Source: Gemmatimonadales bacterium (GTDB lineage: Bacteria > Gemmatimonadota > Gemmatimonadetes > Gemmatimonadales > GWC2-71-9). From it: a DNA stretch of 64,000 nt. The DNA lies in assembly GCA_041613315.1 (NCBI GenBank), contig JBFJHJ010000010.1, positions 1 through 64,000 on the forward strand, written 5' to 3'. Numbering within the stretch: the stretch's first letter is position 1; each line of letters begins with the position of its first letter. Below the pieces are notes generated by a model. That model saw only the letters and a program-made list of their open reading frames with translations, ran no database searches and was not told the origin of the DNA. This document shows, piece after piece, positions 41,044-50,187 of the stretch. The translations under genes and the position numbers were made by a program.

Positions 41044-42430
41044 GGTTGGTCAGCATCTCGTCCACGGACGTGAACTTCACCCGCGGCCGCCCCTGCGGTT
41101 TGCCGCGGCCCACTTCGAGCGCGTCCAACCGGCGCCAGTCCCGGTAGGTGACCGGCCGTGGCTGGCGGGCTCGGATACACCGATCCGCCGCCTCCGGGTC
41201 CGGCTCGGCCGGCTCAGCCACTCGGCCCGCGGCGAGGTCCTCCAACATCGCCTCGACAGTCTCCGCGGCGTCGGCCTTGTTGGTCCCGATCACGCCGGTC
41301 GGGCCCCGCTTGATCCAACCAGCTACGTACACCCCGGGGACCGGCCCGCCGGCCGGGTCGACCACCCGCCCCCGCTCGTTCGGCACGACGCCCCAGCGCT
41401 CGTCGAACGGCAGCCCGGGGAGCGGCACGCCGTGGTAGCCCACCGAGCGGAACACCAGCTCGACCGGAAGCTCTTCCACCCGGTCGGTGGGACGCGAGCG
41501 CACGCGTCCCTGATCGTCGGCGTACAGCTCGTTCCGCACAATCCGCATGCCCACGACCTCACCGGCCTCGTTGCCCGACAACTCGATCGGCGAAACGAGA
41601 AACCTGATGATGAGTCGCCGCGGCTTGCCACTGGGAACGCGCGTCGCGAACTCGCGCAGGATCTCCAGCTTCTTCCCGACGGTCCGGCTGTCCTGCCGCG
41701 CGAGCTCGGCTGCGCTGATCGGATCGAGCGCGACGTCCTCGGGCGGCACCCACACGTCCGCCCCGGGCATCTCACCCAGCTCCCGCGCCTCGGGGGTCGT
41801 GAACGCCGCCTGCCCGGGTCCGCGGCGGCCCAGCATGAGGATCTCCCGGATGCGGCTCTCCCGCAGGGCCGCCTCAGCCTCCGCGGTGATATCCGTCTTC
41901 GCCAGCTCGTCGGGGGTTCGACACAGGATACGCGCCACGTCCACCGCGACGTTGCCGACGCCCACGACCGCCACCCGCTCCACCGAGAGGTCGAACCGGC
42001 AGGACTGGAAGGCCGGATGGCCGTTGTACCACGCGACGAACTCCGTCGCCGGGTGGCTCCGCGCGAGGTCCTCGCCGGGGATATTCAGGCGGCGATCCGT
42101 CTGCGCGCCGGTGGAGAAGCAGACCTGATGGTAGTGCCGCCGCAGGTCGTCGAGCGTGAGATGCCGGCCGATCTCGACGTTGCCGTAGAACCGAAAGTGC
42201 GGGTGCGCCGCGGCCTTCTCGAACGTCCGCGTCACATTCTTGATCTTCTGGTGGTCGGGGGCGACGCCGAAGCGCACGAGTCCGAACGGCGTCGGGAGGG
42301 CCTCATACATGTCCACCCGCGCCGCGAGGTCGTCGCGCCCGAACAGATGCTCCGCCACGAAGAAGCCCGCGGGACCCGACCCCACGATGGCAACGCGGAG
42401 TGGCCGCCCGTCGGTGCCCAGTCCCGTCAT
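41030..42430 (-). CDS. Ferredoxin-NADP+ reductase (FprA/adrenodoxin reductase-like)
   Basis: IVGSGPAG, PFGLVRFGVAPDH, FVAWYNGHP, GVGNVAVDVAR, GWIKRGPTGVIGTN; GAGGA RBS before ATG 42430. Confidence 0.93.
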   Translation of the reverse strand: MTGLGTDGRPLRVAIVGSGPAGFFVAEHLFGRDDLAARVDMYEALPTPFGLVRFGVAPDHQKIKNVTRTFEKAAAHPHFRFYGNVEIGRHLTLDDLRRHYHQVCFSTGAQTDRRLNIPGEDLARSHPATEFVAWYNGHPAFQSCRFDLSVERVAVVGVGNVAVDVARILCRTPDELAKTDITAEAEAALRESRIREILMLGRRGPGQAAFTTPEARELGEMPGADVWVPPEDVALDPISAAELARQDSRTVGKKLEILREFATRVPSGKPRRLIIRFLVSPIELSGNEAGEVVGMRIVRNELYADDQGRVRSRPTDRVEELPVELVFRSVGYHGVPLPGLPFDERWGVVPNERGRVVDPAGGPVPGVYVAGWIKRGPTGVIGTNKADAAETVEAMLEDLAAGRVAEPAEPDPEAADRCIRARQPRPVTYRDWRRLDALEVGRGKPQGRPRVKFTSVDEMLTNLERA

Positions 42431-42579
42431 CGCACGATCCTCATCGCTCCATCCTCGCTTCGACCCCTCATGATAATGCCGACGGACAGATGGGGGGTAC
42501 GGCGGTAAGTAAAAGGGGAGCACACTGATAGCCGCTCGCCCTACCGCCCTCCCCGCTCGCCCCCTAGCTTCACCCCACC

Positions 42580-43125
42580 GTGAGCATCTACACGCGGACC
42601 GGTGACGACGGTCGCACGTCACTCTTCGGCGGCGGGCGGGTGCCCAAAGACGACGCCCGCGTGGCGGCGTACGGCGACGTGGACGAATTGAATGCCGCCG
42701 TCGGCGCCGCCGCCGCGCTGGATCCCGTGGACTTCGAGCGGGAGCTGCTCGAAACGATCCAGCGGGACCTGTTCGCGATCGGCGGACGGCTCGCGAGCCC
42801 GAATCCCGCGAAGGTCGCAAAGGCGCTCGAGAAGGCGGCGATACCCGACACGCGGATCCGCGAGTTCGAAGCGGCGATCGACCGCGCCGACCGCGAGCTG
42901 ACGCCGCTGACCGCGTTCGTCCTCCCGGGGGGTGCCCCTAAGGCCGCACGGCTCCACGTGGCGCGCACCGTCTGCCGACGGGCCGAGCGAAGCGTGGTGA
43001 CCCTGATGCACCGCGACGTGGTGCCGGCGGAGATTCTCCGGTACTTGAATCGCCTGTCCGATGTGCTCTTCACCTTCGCCCGGCTCGCCAACCACCGCGC
43101 CGGGCAACCCGACCAGACCTGGTGA
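42580..43125 (+). CDS. PduO-type ATP:cob(I)alamin adenosyltransferase
   Basis: IYTRTGDDG, YGDVDELN, FVLPGG, ARTVCRRAER, YLNRLSD. Confidence 0.95.
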   Translation: MSIYTRTGDDGRTSLFGGGRVPKDDARVAAYGDVDELNAAVGAAAALDPVDFERELLETIQRDLFAIGGRLASPNPAKVAKALEKAAIPDTRIREFEAAIDRADRELTPLTAFVLPGGAPKAARLHVARTVCRRAERSVVTLMHRDVVPAEILRYLNRLSDVLFTFARLANHRAGQPDQTW

Positions 43126-43126
43126 T

Positions 43127-44044
43127 ATGCCGACGTACCGTTTCTACCAACTGGACGTCTTCACCGACACCCCGCTCACGGGCAACCCGCTCGCGGTCTT
43201 CCCCGACGCGACCGACCTGCGCGACGCGCAGATGCAGGCCCTGGCTCGGGAGATGAACCTCTCGGAGACCACGTATGTCCTCCCATCCACCCGCGCGACC
43301 CACCGGGTGCGGTTCTTCACGCCCACGGCGGAGATTCCGCTCGCCGGGCATCCGACGATCGGCACCTGGTGGCTGCTCGCCGCGCTGGGACGGCTCAAGC
43401 TCCCCGCGTCGGGCATCCACCGCGTTACGCAGGAGACGGGAGCCGGCGTCCTCCCCGTGGACGTGCACATCGAGGGCGGGCAGCCGCGCCGGGTGATCAT
43501 GGTTCAGGCGCAACCGGAATTCGGCGCCAACCTCGAGGATCCCACGCGCCTCGCGCGAGCCCTGGGCGGCGACGGGGATCTTTTCCCAAAGCACCCGGCG
43601 CCGCAGGTCGTCTCCACCGGGATTCCGCAAGCGATGATCCCGATTCGATCACTCGCCGCCCTCAAGGCCCTCCCGTCCGGCGGCGCCGGCGCGGAACTCG
43701 CCCGCGTCCTCCGGGACGTCGGATCGGACTGCGCGATGTGTTACACGTTGGAGACCGAGGCCCCCGACGCCACCGTTCACTGCCGGATGTTCGCGCCCGG
43801 CCTCGGGGTGCCCGAGGACCCCGCCACCGGGAGCGCGTCGGGCGCGCTCGCGGCGTACCTCGTGTGGCACGGGATCGTGCGGCCGCACGACGGCGTCGCC
43901 ACGCTCGTGGTGGAACAGGGTATCGAGATCGGCCGCCCCAGCCGCATTCACGCCGAAGTGGCCGTCGGCAACGGGGGCGAAATCACCGAGGTCCGCGTGG
44001 GCGGTCAGGCCGTCACGATCATCGAGGGCGAGGTGCGCCTATAG
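43127..44044 (+). CDS. PhzF family isomerase
   Basis: DVFT...GNPLAV, MNLSET, FTP..E.PLAGHPT, EDPATGSA, EQG.EIGRPS. Confidence 0.93.
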   Translation: MPTYRFYQLDVFTDTPLTGNPLAVFPDATDLRDAQMQALAREMNLSETTYVLPSTRATHRVRFFTPTAEIPLAGHPTIGTWWLLAALGRLKLPASGIHRVTQETGAGVLPVDVHIEGGQPRRVIMVQAQPEFGANLEDPTRLARALGGDGDLFPKHPAPQVVSTGIPQAMIPIRSLAALKALPSGGAGAELARVLRDVGSDCAMCYTLETEAPDATVHCRMFAPGLGVPEDPATGSASGALAAYLVWHGIVRPHDGVATLVVEQGIEIGRPSRIHAEVAVGNGGEITEVRVGGQAVTIIEGEVRL

Positions 44045-45144
44045 CCCGCGCGGTCACGACCATCCCCCTCGGCGCAGCCTCCTACGACATCGTCGTGGGC
44101 GACGGGGTCCTGGACGAGCTCGCCGACGTGTTGGGCCGCGCGTGCCCCGCGGCACGCTATGCCGTGATCACCGACTCCACCGTGGCCCTGCTGTACGCGG
44201 AGCGGGTGGCGGCCGCCGCGGGGGGGCTCGCCCCGACGACCGTCTTCCCCTTCCCGGCCGGCGAGTGGAACAAGACTCGCGAGACCTGGGCGGAGGTCAC
44301 GGACCGGCTCCTCACCGCGGAACTGGGGCGCGACGGCGCGATTCTCGCCTTGGGGGGCGGGGTGGTGGGGGATCTCGCCGGCTTCATCGCCGCGACCTAT
44401 CTGCGCGGTCTCCCCTACGTCCAGATCCCCACGACCCTCCTCGCGATGGTGGACAGCTCCATCGGCGGGAAGACCGGCGTGGACACGGCGCAGGGCAAGA
44501 ACCTCGTGGGCGCGTTCTATCAGCCCCGGGCCGTCGTGGCCGATGTCGAGACGCTGACGACGCTCCCGCCCGGACAGCTGGCCGCGGGTATGGCGGAGGC
44601 CCTCAAACACGGGGTCGTCGCCGACGCCGGTCACGTGACCCGTCTCCTCGAGGCGCGCGACGCCATCGTGGCCCGCAACCGGGACGCACTCAACGCCATG
44701 GTGCGAGACAGCATCGCTCTCAAAGCCGGGGTCGTGGCGGCGGACGAGCGCGAGCGGGGGCGGCGGGCGATTCTCAACTTCGGCCACACCGTCGGCCACG
44801 CGCTGGAGGCGACGTTCGGCTATCAGCTGCTGCACGGCGAGGCCGTCGCCATCGGCATGCTCGCCGAAGCCGCCCTGGGCGGGGCCATGGGAATCACGGA
44901 TTCCGAGGTGGGTGAGACGCTGCGAACCGCGCTCGAAGCATTCGCGCTCCCGCTCGAGCCACCGGCCCCGATCGACGTGGGGCGGGCCCTCGACGTCATG
45001 CGGAAGGACAAGAAGGTGCGCGGTGGGACTGTCAGATTTGCACTCCCCACGCGGCTCGGGGAGATGGCCGGAAGCGACGCCAGCGGCTGGACCGTCGAGG
45101 TGCCGGAATCCGAGATTCATGCCGTGCTCCGGCGGTTTGGGTGA
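44041..45144 (+). CDS. aroB: 3-dehydroquinate synthase
   Basis: GGGVVGDLAGF, PTTLLAMVDSSIGGKTG, KNLVGAF, LNFGHTVGHALE, HGEAV, DKK. Start inferred at ATA 44041. Confidence 0.95.
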   Translation: MARAVTTIPLGAASYDIVVGDGVLDELADVLGRACPAARYAVITDSTVALLYAERVAAAAGGLAPTTVFPFPAGEWNKTRETWAEVTDRLLTAELGRDGAILALGGGVVGDLAGFIAATYLRGLPYVQIPTTLLAMVDSSIGGKTGVDTAQGKNLVGAFYQPRAVVADVETLTTLPPGQLAAGMAEALKHGVVADAGHVTRLLEARDAIVARNRDALNAMVRDSIALKAGVVAADERERGRRAILNFGHTVGHALEATFGYQLLHGEAVAIGMLAEAALGGAMGITDSEVGETLRTALEAFALPLEPPAPIDVGRALDVMRKDKKVRGGTVRFALPTRLGEMAGSDASGWTVEVPESEIHAVLRRFG

Positions 45145-45317
45145 CCACAATCCCATCAACAGCCTTTCAACAGGCGTACCACATTTCCAGAGCGCAGAGT
45201 CCGTTGCTCCACAACCACTTACGGATCACGGGCCGCAGGGTGCGAGCGGCGTGGCGCCGCCAGGGCGTGGATAAAATCCCGAATGAATTGCGCGGGAAGA
45301 GTTTGTGATGTGGATAA
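45141..45317. promoter_or_regulatory. DnaA-box cluster
   Basis: Perfect TTATCCACA (minus, 45309-45317), one-mismatch TTATCCACG (minus, 45266-45274), and degenerate plus-strand 9-mers ending at 45149, 45161, 45172, 45183 and 45213. Confidence 0.65.
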
Positions 45318-45339
45318 TTGAGCGCCGGGAAAATCTCGC

Positions 45340-45368
45340 TTGACGCTCTCCGAGGCCGTTTTTATATT
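45340..45368 (+). promoter_or_regulatory. Sigma70-type promoter of the sigma factor gene
   Basis: TTGACG-17 bp-TATATT. Confidence 0.8.
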
Positions 45369-45457
45369 CGGCGCGCCGGAGTCGGTCACTTTGGCGGGGG
45401 GTTCTCAACCCCCGTCCCTCCCAGCAGTGGCCCGAATCAACAGCCTGAGGCGTGTGT

Positions 45458-46351
45458 ATGCCGCAGTCCCGCAAGAGTAAAGCGAAGGGGTTCTTTCGCT
45501 CTCCGGCATCCGGTGCATTCGATCAGTATCTGCAGGATATCCAGAAGCTCCCCCTCATCAAGGATCCGCTCGAGGAGCGCCGCCTCGCCCGCCGGGCCCG
45601 CAAGGGTGATCAGAACGCCGCCGAGCGGCTCGTGACGTCGAACCTGCGCTTCGTCATCTCCTACGTGAAGAAGTACCAGGGCCATGGGCTCGACCTCGCG
45701 GAACTCGTCGCGATCGGCAACGAGGGTCTCCTGAAGGCGGTCAAGAAGTTCGATCCCGAGCAGGGCGTGAAGTTCATCTCGTATGCGGTGTGGTGGGTGC
45801 GCCAGGCTGTGCTGAAGGCCCTCGCGGAGCAGACCCGGAGCGTGCGGATCCCGCTCAACCAGAACAGCCATCTGATCCGTATGGCCCGGACGGAGACGTA
45901 CCTCGCCCAGGAGCTGGGCCGGGAGCCCACCGACGTCGAGATCGCCAAAGCGCTGAGCGACAGCGTGGAAAACGTCCGAAGCGCGCGCCGGATGACCGCG
46001 GCGGAGATGTCGCTCGACGCCCCGATCGACCGGACCGACAAGGACGCGGCGACCCTCGGGGAGCGCTTTGCCGGCCAAGAGGGTGGCGAGATCGAGGAAA
46101 CCACGGACGGGAAGCTCCAGCGGGAGTTCATCGACAGCATCTTTCGCAAGTATCTGACGCCGCGCGAGCGCAAGATCCTCTACCTCTATTACGGCCTGGA
46201 GGAAGGGTCCGAGGGCATGACCCTGGAGAAGATCGGCGAACTGATGGGCGTCACTCGCGAGCGGATCCGGCAGATCCGCGAGCGCGCGTTCGAGAAGCTC
46301 CGGGAGAGTCCGGATGGCAAGGCGCTGATGGGATTCTGGCAAGCGGCATAA
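45458..46351 (+). CDS. RNA polymerase sigma-70 factor, RpoD/RpoS-like, without region 1.1
   Basis: FDQYLQDI (1.2), NLRFV...GNEGL...FISYAVWWVRQ (2), SLDAP (3), TLEKIG..MGVTRERIRQI (4). Confidence 0.95.
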   Translation: MPQSRKSKAKGFFRSPASGAFDQYLQDIQKLPLIKDPLEERRLARRARKGDQNAAERLVTSNLRFVISYVKKYQGHGLDLAELVAIGNEGLLKAVKKFDPEQGVKFISYAVWWVRQAVLKALAEQTRSVRIPLNQNSHLIRMARTETYLAQELGREPTDVEIAKALSDSVENVRSARRMTAAEMSLDAPIDRTDKDAATLGERFAGQEGGEIEETTDGKLQREFIDSIFRKYLTPRERKILYLYYGLEEGSEGMTLEKIGELMGVTRERIRQIRERAFEKLRESPDGKALMGFWQAA

Positions 46352-46377
46352 CACCACCCTCGCGCGTGACGCTCGAC

Positions 46378-46407
46378 GCGGGCCCGGGACGGACGTTCCG
46401 GGCCCGC
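46378..46407 (+). terminator. GC-rich hairpin after the sigma gene
   Basis: GCGGGCCCGGGAC-GGAC-GTTCCGGGCCCGC, 13-bp stem; weak U tract. Confidence 0.5.
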
Positions 46408-46464
46408 TCGCCGTCTGGGGGGCGCGGCTTACCGCTCTCCCCCGTCCCATCGTACTATTCACGT

Positions 46465-47145
46465 ATGCTGACCCGCCGGCTCCCGATCTTTCCGTTGCCG
46501 CTGGTGCTGTTCCCCGGGGCGCCGCAACTCCTGCACATCTTCGAGCCGCGTTACCGTCAGATGCTGGCGGACTGCCGTGACGCCGACGGGCGGTTCGGCG
46601 TCGCGTTCGTGGCGCCTGAAGCGGCGGGGGACGCTGCGCCGGGCGCGGTGGGGTGTGTGGCCGCCATTCGCGCAATTCGCCCGCTGCCCGACGGGCGCGC
46701 CAACATCCTGACGGTGGGGGAGGACCGCTACGTGCTCCGCGAGTACGTGGCGTGCGACCGGTTGTACCGTGTGGCGGTGGTGGAGACCTTGACCGACGAG
46801 CCGTGGACCGATGCCGAGGTTCGTGAGCCGGCGGCGGCGGTGACCGATGGATTTCGCCGGTTTACCGCGGCCCTCAACGCGCTGAGCGGTCTCCCGGTCG
46901 GGCCGGCGGAGGTTCCGGACTCGCCGGATGCGCTCTCGTTCCACGTCGCCGCGGCGCTCGAGATCGATCCGCGTCTGAAACAGGAACTGCTGGCGGTCCG
47001 CTCGGTGCCGGAGCGCCTCCGGCGGCTGGACGGCATGCTCCAGCGACTCATCGACGAGGCGGAGCGGCGCGTCGCGGTGCAGATCCATGCGCAGCGCAAT
47101 GGGCGGCGCGGGCCCGCGCCGCCGGCGACCGTGGAGGGCGGATGA
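46465..47145 (+). CDS. Lon N-terminal (substrate-binding) domain protein
   Basis: LPIFPL..VLFPG...LHIFEPRY..M, DGR.NI...G..RY, KQELL. Confidence 0.9.
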   Translation: MLTRRLPIFPLPLVLFPGAPQLLHIFEPRYRQMLADCRDADGRFGVAFVAPEAAGDAAPGAVGCVAAIRAIRPLPDGRANILTVGEDRYVLREYVACDRLYRVAVVETLTDEPWTDAEVREPAAAVTDGFRRFTAALNALSGLPVGPAEVPDSPDALSFHVAAALEIDPRLKQELLAVRSVPERLRRLDGMLQRLIDEAERRVAVQIHAQRNGRRGPAPPATVEGG

Positions 47146-48605
47146 CCCTCTCTGCCGCCGTCCTGGATGCCATCACCGCCGTGGTGGGCCGCCGCTGGGT
47201 CCGCCGGGCGCCGGCCGAGTTGGAGACCTACGCGACCGACGGGCTGCCGACGAAGCATTCGCGTCCTGGGGTCGCGGTCCTACCCGGTTCCCGGGACGAA
47301 GTCGTGCAGGTGGTCCGCATCCTCGCGGATCACCGGGTTCCATTCGTCGCGCGCGGCGCCGGCACGGGTCTCTCCGGCGGCGCCCTGGCGGCGGACGATG
47401 CCGCCCTGATCGTGCTCACGCGGCTCAACCGCATTCTCCAGATCGACCCGGCCAACCGCCGCGCCGTCGTCGAGCCCGGCGTCGTCAACGCACGGCTGTC
47501 GGCGGCATCTGCCCCGTACGGCTTGTACTACGCGCCGGATCCGTCCAGCCAGACGGCGTGCACGATTGGTGGGAACGTCGCTGAGAACGCGGGGGGGCCG
47601 CACTGCCTCAAGTACGGCGTGACCTCGAACCACATCCTCGCGCTGGAGGTGATCCTCCCCGACGGCACGCTCGTCACCATGGGCTCGCCGGGCGGCGAGC
47701 CGTGGGGTCCGGACCTGGTGGGGCTGTTCGTGGGCAGCGAGGGCATGTTCGGCATCGCGACCCGGATCACCGTCCGGCTCACCCCGGTGCCGGCGGCGGT
47801 GCGCACGCTCCTCGCCGACTTTGATGCGCTGCGGGCCGCCGGGGCTGCGGTCTCCGCGCTCATCGCCGACGGGATCCTCCCGGCGGCGCTCGAAATGATG
47901 GATCGCAACTGCGTCGCCGTCGTGGAGGCGTCCCCGTACGCGGCGGGGTATCCGACCGATGCGGCGGCGGTGTTGCTGGTCGAGCTCGACGGCCCGTCTG
48001 CGGAGGCGGTCGACGCGGAAGGGGAGCTCGTCGCTCGCGTGCTTGCAGCACATGGCGCCAGGCAGGTCCGGGTCGCGTCTGACCCGCGCGAGCGTGCCCG
48101 GCTCTGGCAGGGGCGAAAGAAGGCGTTCGGTGCACTGGGACGGATCAGTCCGAACCTCGTTGTGCAAGATGCCGTCGTCCCGCGTTCGGCGCTGCCCGAC
48201 GTGCTGGAGCGCATCGCCGCCATCTCCGACGCCGTTGGCGTCCCGGTGAGCAACGTCTTCCACGCCGGAGACGGCAACCTCCACCCCAACATCAACTACG
48301 ACGGATCCATCCCCGGCGAGCTGGCGCGGGTCGAGCGGGCGTGTGCGGCGATCATGGAGACGTGCATCGATGCCGGCGGCACGATCACCGGGGAGCACGG
48401 GGTCGGCGCCGACAAGATCCGGTACATGCCGCTCATCTTCGACGGCGACACGCTCGCCGCGATGCGGGCGGTGCGACGCGCGTTTGACGCCAATGAGCTC
48501 GCCAACCCCGGCAAGGTCGTGCCGGTTCACGCCTGCCGCGAATGGCGGATGGGCCCCGCCGGTCGGCGCGGAATGGGCGGGGCGGCGGTGGAGGCGGCGT
48601 CATGA
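47142..48605 (+). CDS. glcD: Glycolate oxidase subunit GlcD-like FAD oxidoreductase
   Basis: RGAGTGLSGG, PDPSS, GGNVAENAGG, GSEG, HAGDGNLHP, GEHGVG, NPGK. Confidence 0.9.
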   Translation: MTLSAAVLDAITAVVGRRWVRRAPAELETYATDGLPTKHSRPGVAVLPGSRDEVVQVVRILADHRVPFVARGAGTGLSGGALAADDAALIVLTRLNRILQIDPANRRAVVEPGVVNARLSAASAPYGLYYAPDPSSQTACTIGGNVAENAGGPHCLKYGVTSNHILALEVILPDGTLVTMGSPGGEPWGPDLVGLFVGSEGMFGIATRITVRLTPVPAAVRTLLADFDALRAAGAAVSALIADGILPAALEMMDRNCVAVVEASPYAAGYPTDAAAVLLVELDGPSAEAVDAEGELVARVLAAHGARQVRVASDPRERARLWQGRKKAFGALGRISPNLVVQDAVVPRSALPDVLERIAAISDAVGVPVSNVFHAGDGNLHPNINYDGSIPGELARVERACAAIMETCIDAGGTITGEHGVGADKIRYMPLIFDGDTLAAMRAVRRAFDANELANPGKVVPVHACREWRMGPAGRRGMGGAAVEAAS

Positions 48606-48985
48606 TCGTGCCGACGCGCTGGCGCACGACCTTCGAGGATCAGCTCGTGAACGCCGAGCAACGGATCGAACGGGCCGAGCGCTACCTGAGGGAAGGCGAC
48701 GGCAGTCGGGCCCTCCAGGAGGCGTACCCGGCCGTGGTCGGCGCGGCGAGCCTCCGCGTCTGGACCGACGCGCCGCCCTGGCGGCAGATGCTTGGTGCGG
48801 ACGAGATGCAGCGGCGGGTGCGAGCACGGTTTCCGAGTCTCTTCGCCGCGATGGCGGAGATGAAAGTGCAGGAGGCGTTGACGAGCCCGTGGCGTCCCGA
48901 GGACGCCGCTCCCTACGTCCATGAGGCCCGCGGGTACGTGGATGAGACCCGACGGCAGATCGAGACATGGCTGACACCGGGCTGA
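48602..48985 (+). CDS. Hypothetical protein, HEPN-like helical pattern
   Basis: AE..IERAE.YL.EG....A...AY.A...A N-terminus and EDA...V.EAR.YV C-terminal helix; overlaps glcD and glcE. Confidence 0.7.
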   Translation: MIVPTRWRTTFEDQLVNAEQRIERAERYLREGDGSRALQEAYPAVVGAASLRVWTDAPPWRQMLGADEMQRRVRARFPSLFAAMAEMKVQEALTSPWRPEDAAPYVHEARGYVDETRRQIETWLTPG

Positions 48986-50187
48986 CCATCGTCCGTAGGC
49001 TGCGCTCCATGTTGGGGGCCGCCGCCGACGTCGAGGTGAGCGAGGGCGGCGTGCCCCGCGTTGCGCCGACGACGACTGAAGGGGTGGCCGTCGTGCTGCG
49101 TGCGGCGTCGGAGGAGGGCTGGCGCGTACGGGTCGAGGGCGCCGCCGGCTGGTCCCCGACCGACGCCCCCGCGCACCTGGCGCTCTCCACGCGCCAGCTG
49201 CGCCGGGTCACCTACTTGAACGGCGCGGACCTCGTCACCACCGTGGAGGCCGGCCTCACATGGAGCGACCTGCGGGCGCACCTCGCGGAACACGGCACCT
49301 GGATCGCCGCCGACCCGCCGGGCGCCGACCGCACCGTGGGGTCGGTGCTCGCCACCGGCACCGTCGGACCGCTCCGCTCCGGCTACGGGAACATCCGCGA
49401 CCACGTCGTCGGCCTGACCCTGGTGACCGGAGAGGGGCGCGTCGTGCGCGCGGGGGGTCGCGTCGTCAAGAATGTGGCAGGGTTTGACCTCACGAAGCTC
49501 GCCGTGGGAAGCTTCGGGGCCTTCGGCGTGGTCGCCGGCGCGAGCTTGCGGCTGCGCGCGGTGCCCCGGGCGGATCTCACACTCACCACGTCCGGGGTGC
49601 GCGACGCGCTACTGACCACGGCGCGGGCGGTCATGGACGCCGGTCTCACGCCCGCCGCATTGGAGCTCCTCTCCCCGCTCGTGGCAGGAGGCGAGGACTG
49701 GGTGTTGGCTATCCGATTCCTGGGGCCGGACGCCCAGGTGGCGGCGGAGCGCGACGCCGTCACGCGCGTGGGCGGCGTCCGCTTCGAGGAGATCCCGGCG
49801 GCGGCGGCCGCAGCGTTGTGGCGGGAGCCGCTCACCGCCGCCGCCGCAGGCGCCACGACGGTTCGCCTGGGGACGCTGCCCACCGCCCTCGACGACGCGC
49901 TGGATCTCATCGCTCACCACCTCGTCGCAGGCTGGCTCACGGCCTCGGTACCGGCCGGCGTGATCCGGTGGAGCGGCAGCGCCGCACCCCACGAACTGCG
50001 CCTCCTGCGGCACGCCGCCGCGCAGCAGGAGATGCCGCTCACCATCGAACGGGCGCCGTGGCCGGTGCGCGAGCAGCTCGGCCATTTCGGGGCATATCGG
50101 GAAGGCGTCGCTCGGCTCATCTCGTCGCTCCGCCGGACGTTCGACCCGGCGGGCGTGCTCGTGACGGCCGTCGGAGCCGACGCGTGA
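48967..50187 (+). CDS. glcE: Glycolate oxidase subunit GlcE-like
   Basis: VEAG, TVGSVLA, GGRVVKNVAGFDLTKL..GSFG.FG, FDP.GVL. Confidence 0.88.
   Translation: MADTGLTIVRRLRSMLGAAADVEVSEGGVPRVAPTTTEGVAVVLRAASEEGWRVRVEGAAGWSPTDAPAHLALSTRQLRRVTYLNGADLVTTVEAGLTWSDLRAHLAEHGTWIAADPPGADRTVGSVLATGTVGPLRSGYGNIRDHVVGLTLVTGEGRVVRAGGRVVKNVAGFDLTKLAVGSFGAFGVVAGASLRLRAVPRADLTLTTSGVRDALLTTARAVMDAGLTPAALELLSPLVAGGEDWVLAIRFLGPDAQVAAERDAVTRVGGVRFEEIPAAAAAALWREPLTAAAAGATTVRLGTLPTALDDALDLIAHHLVAGWLTASVPAGVIRWSGSAAPHELRLLRHAAAQQEMPLTIERAPWPVREQLGHFGAYREGVARLISSLRRTFDPAGVLVTAVGADA

Noticed and set aside
43127..45144. Phenazine biosynthesis cluster (phzF plus aroB)
   Set aside because: No phzA/B/D/E/G; stand-alone PhzF homologs are widespread.
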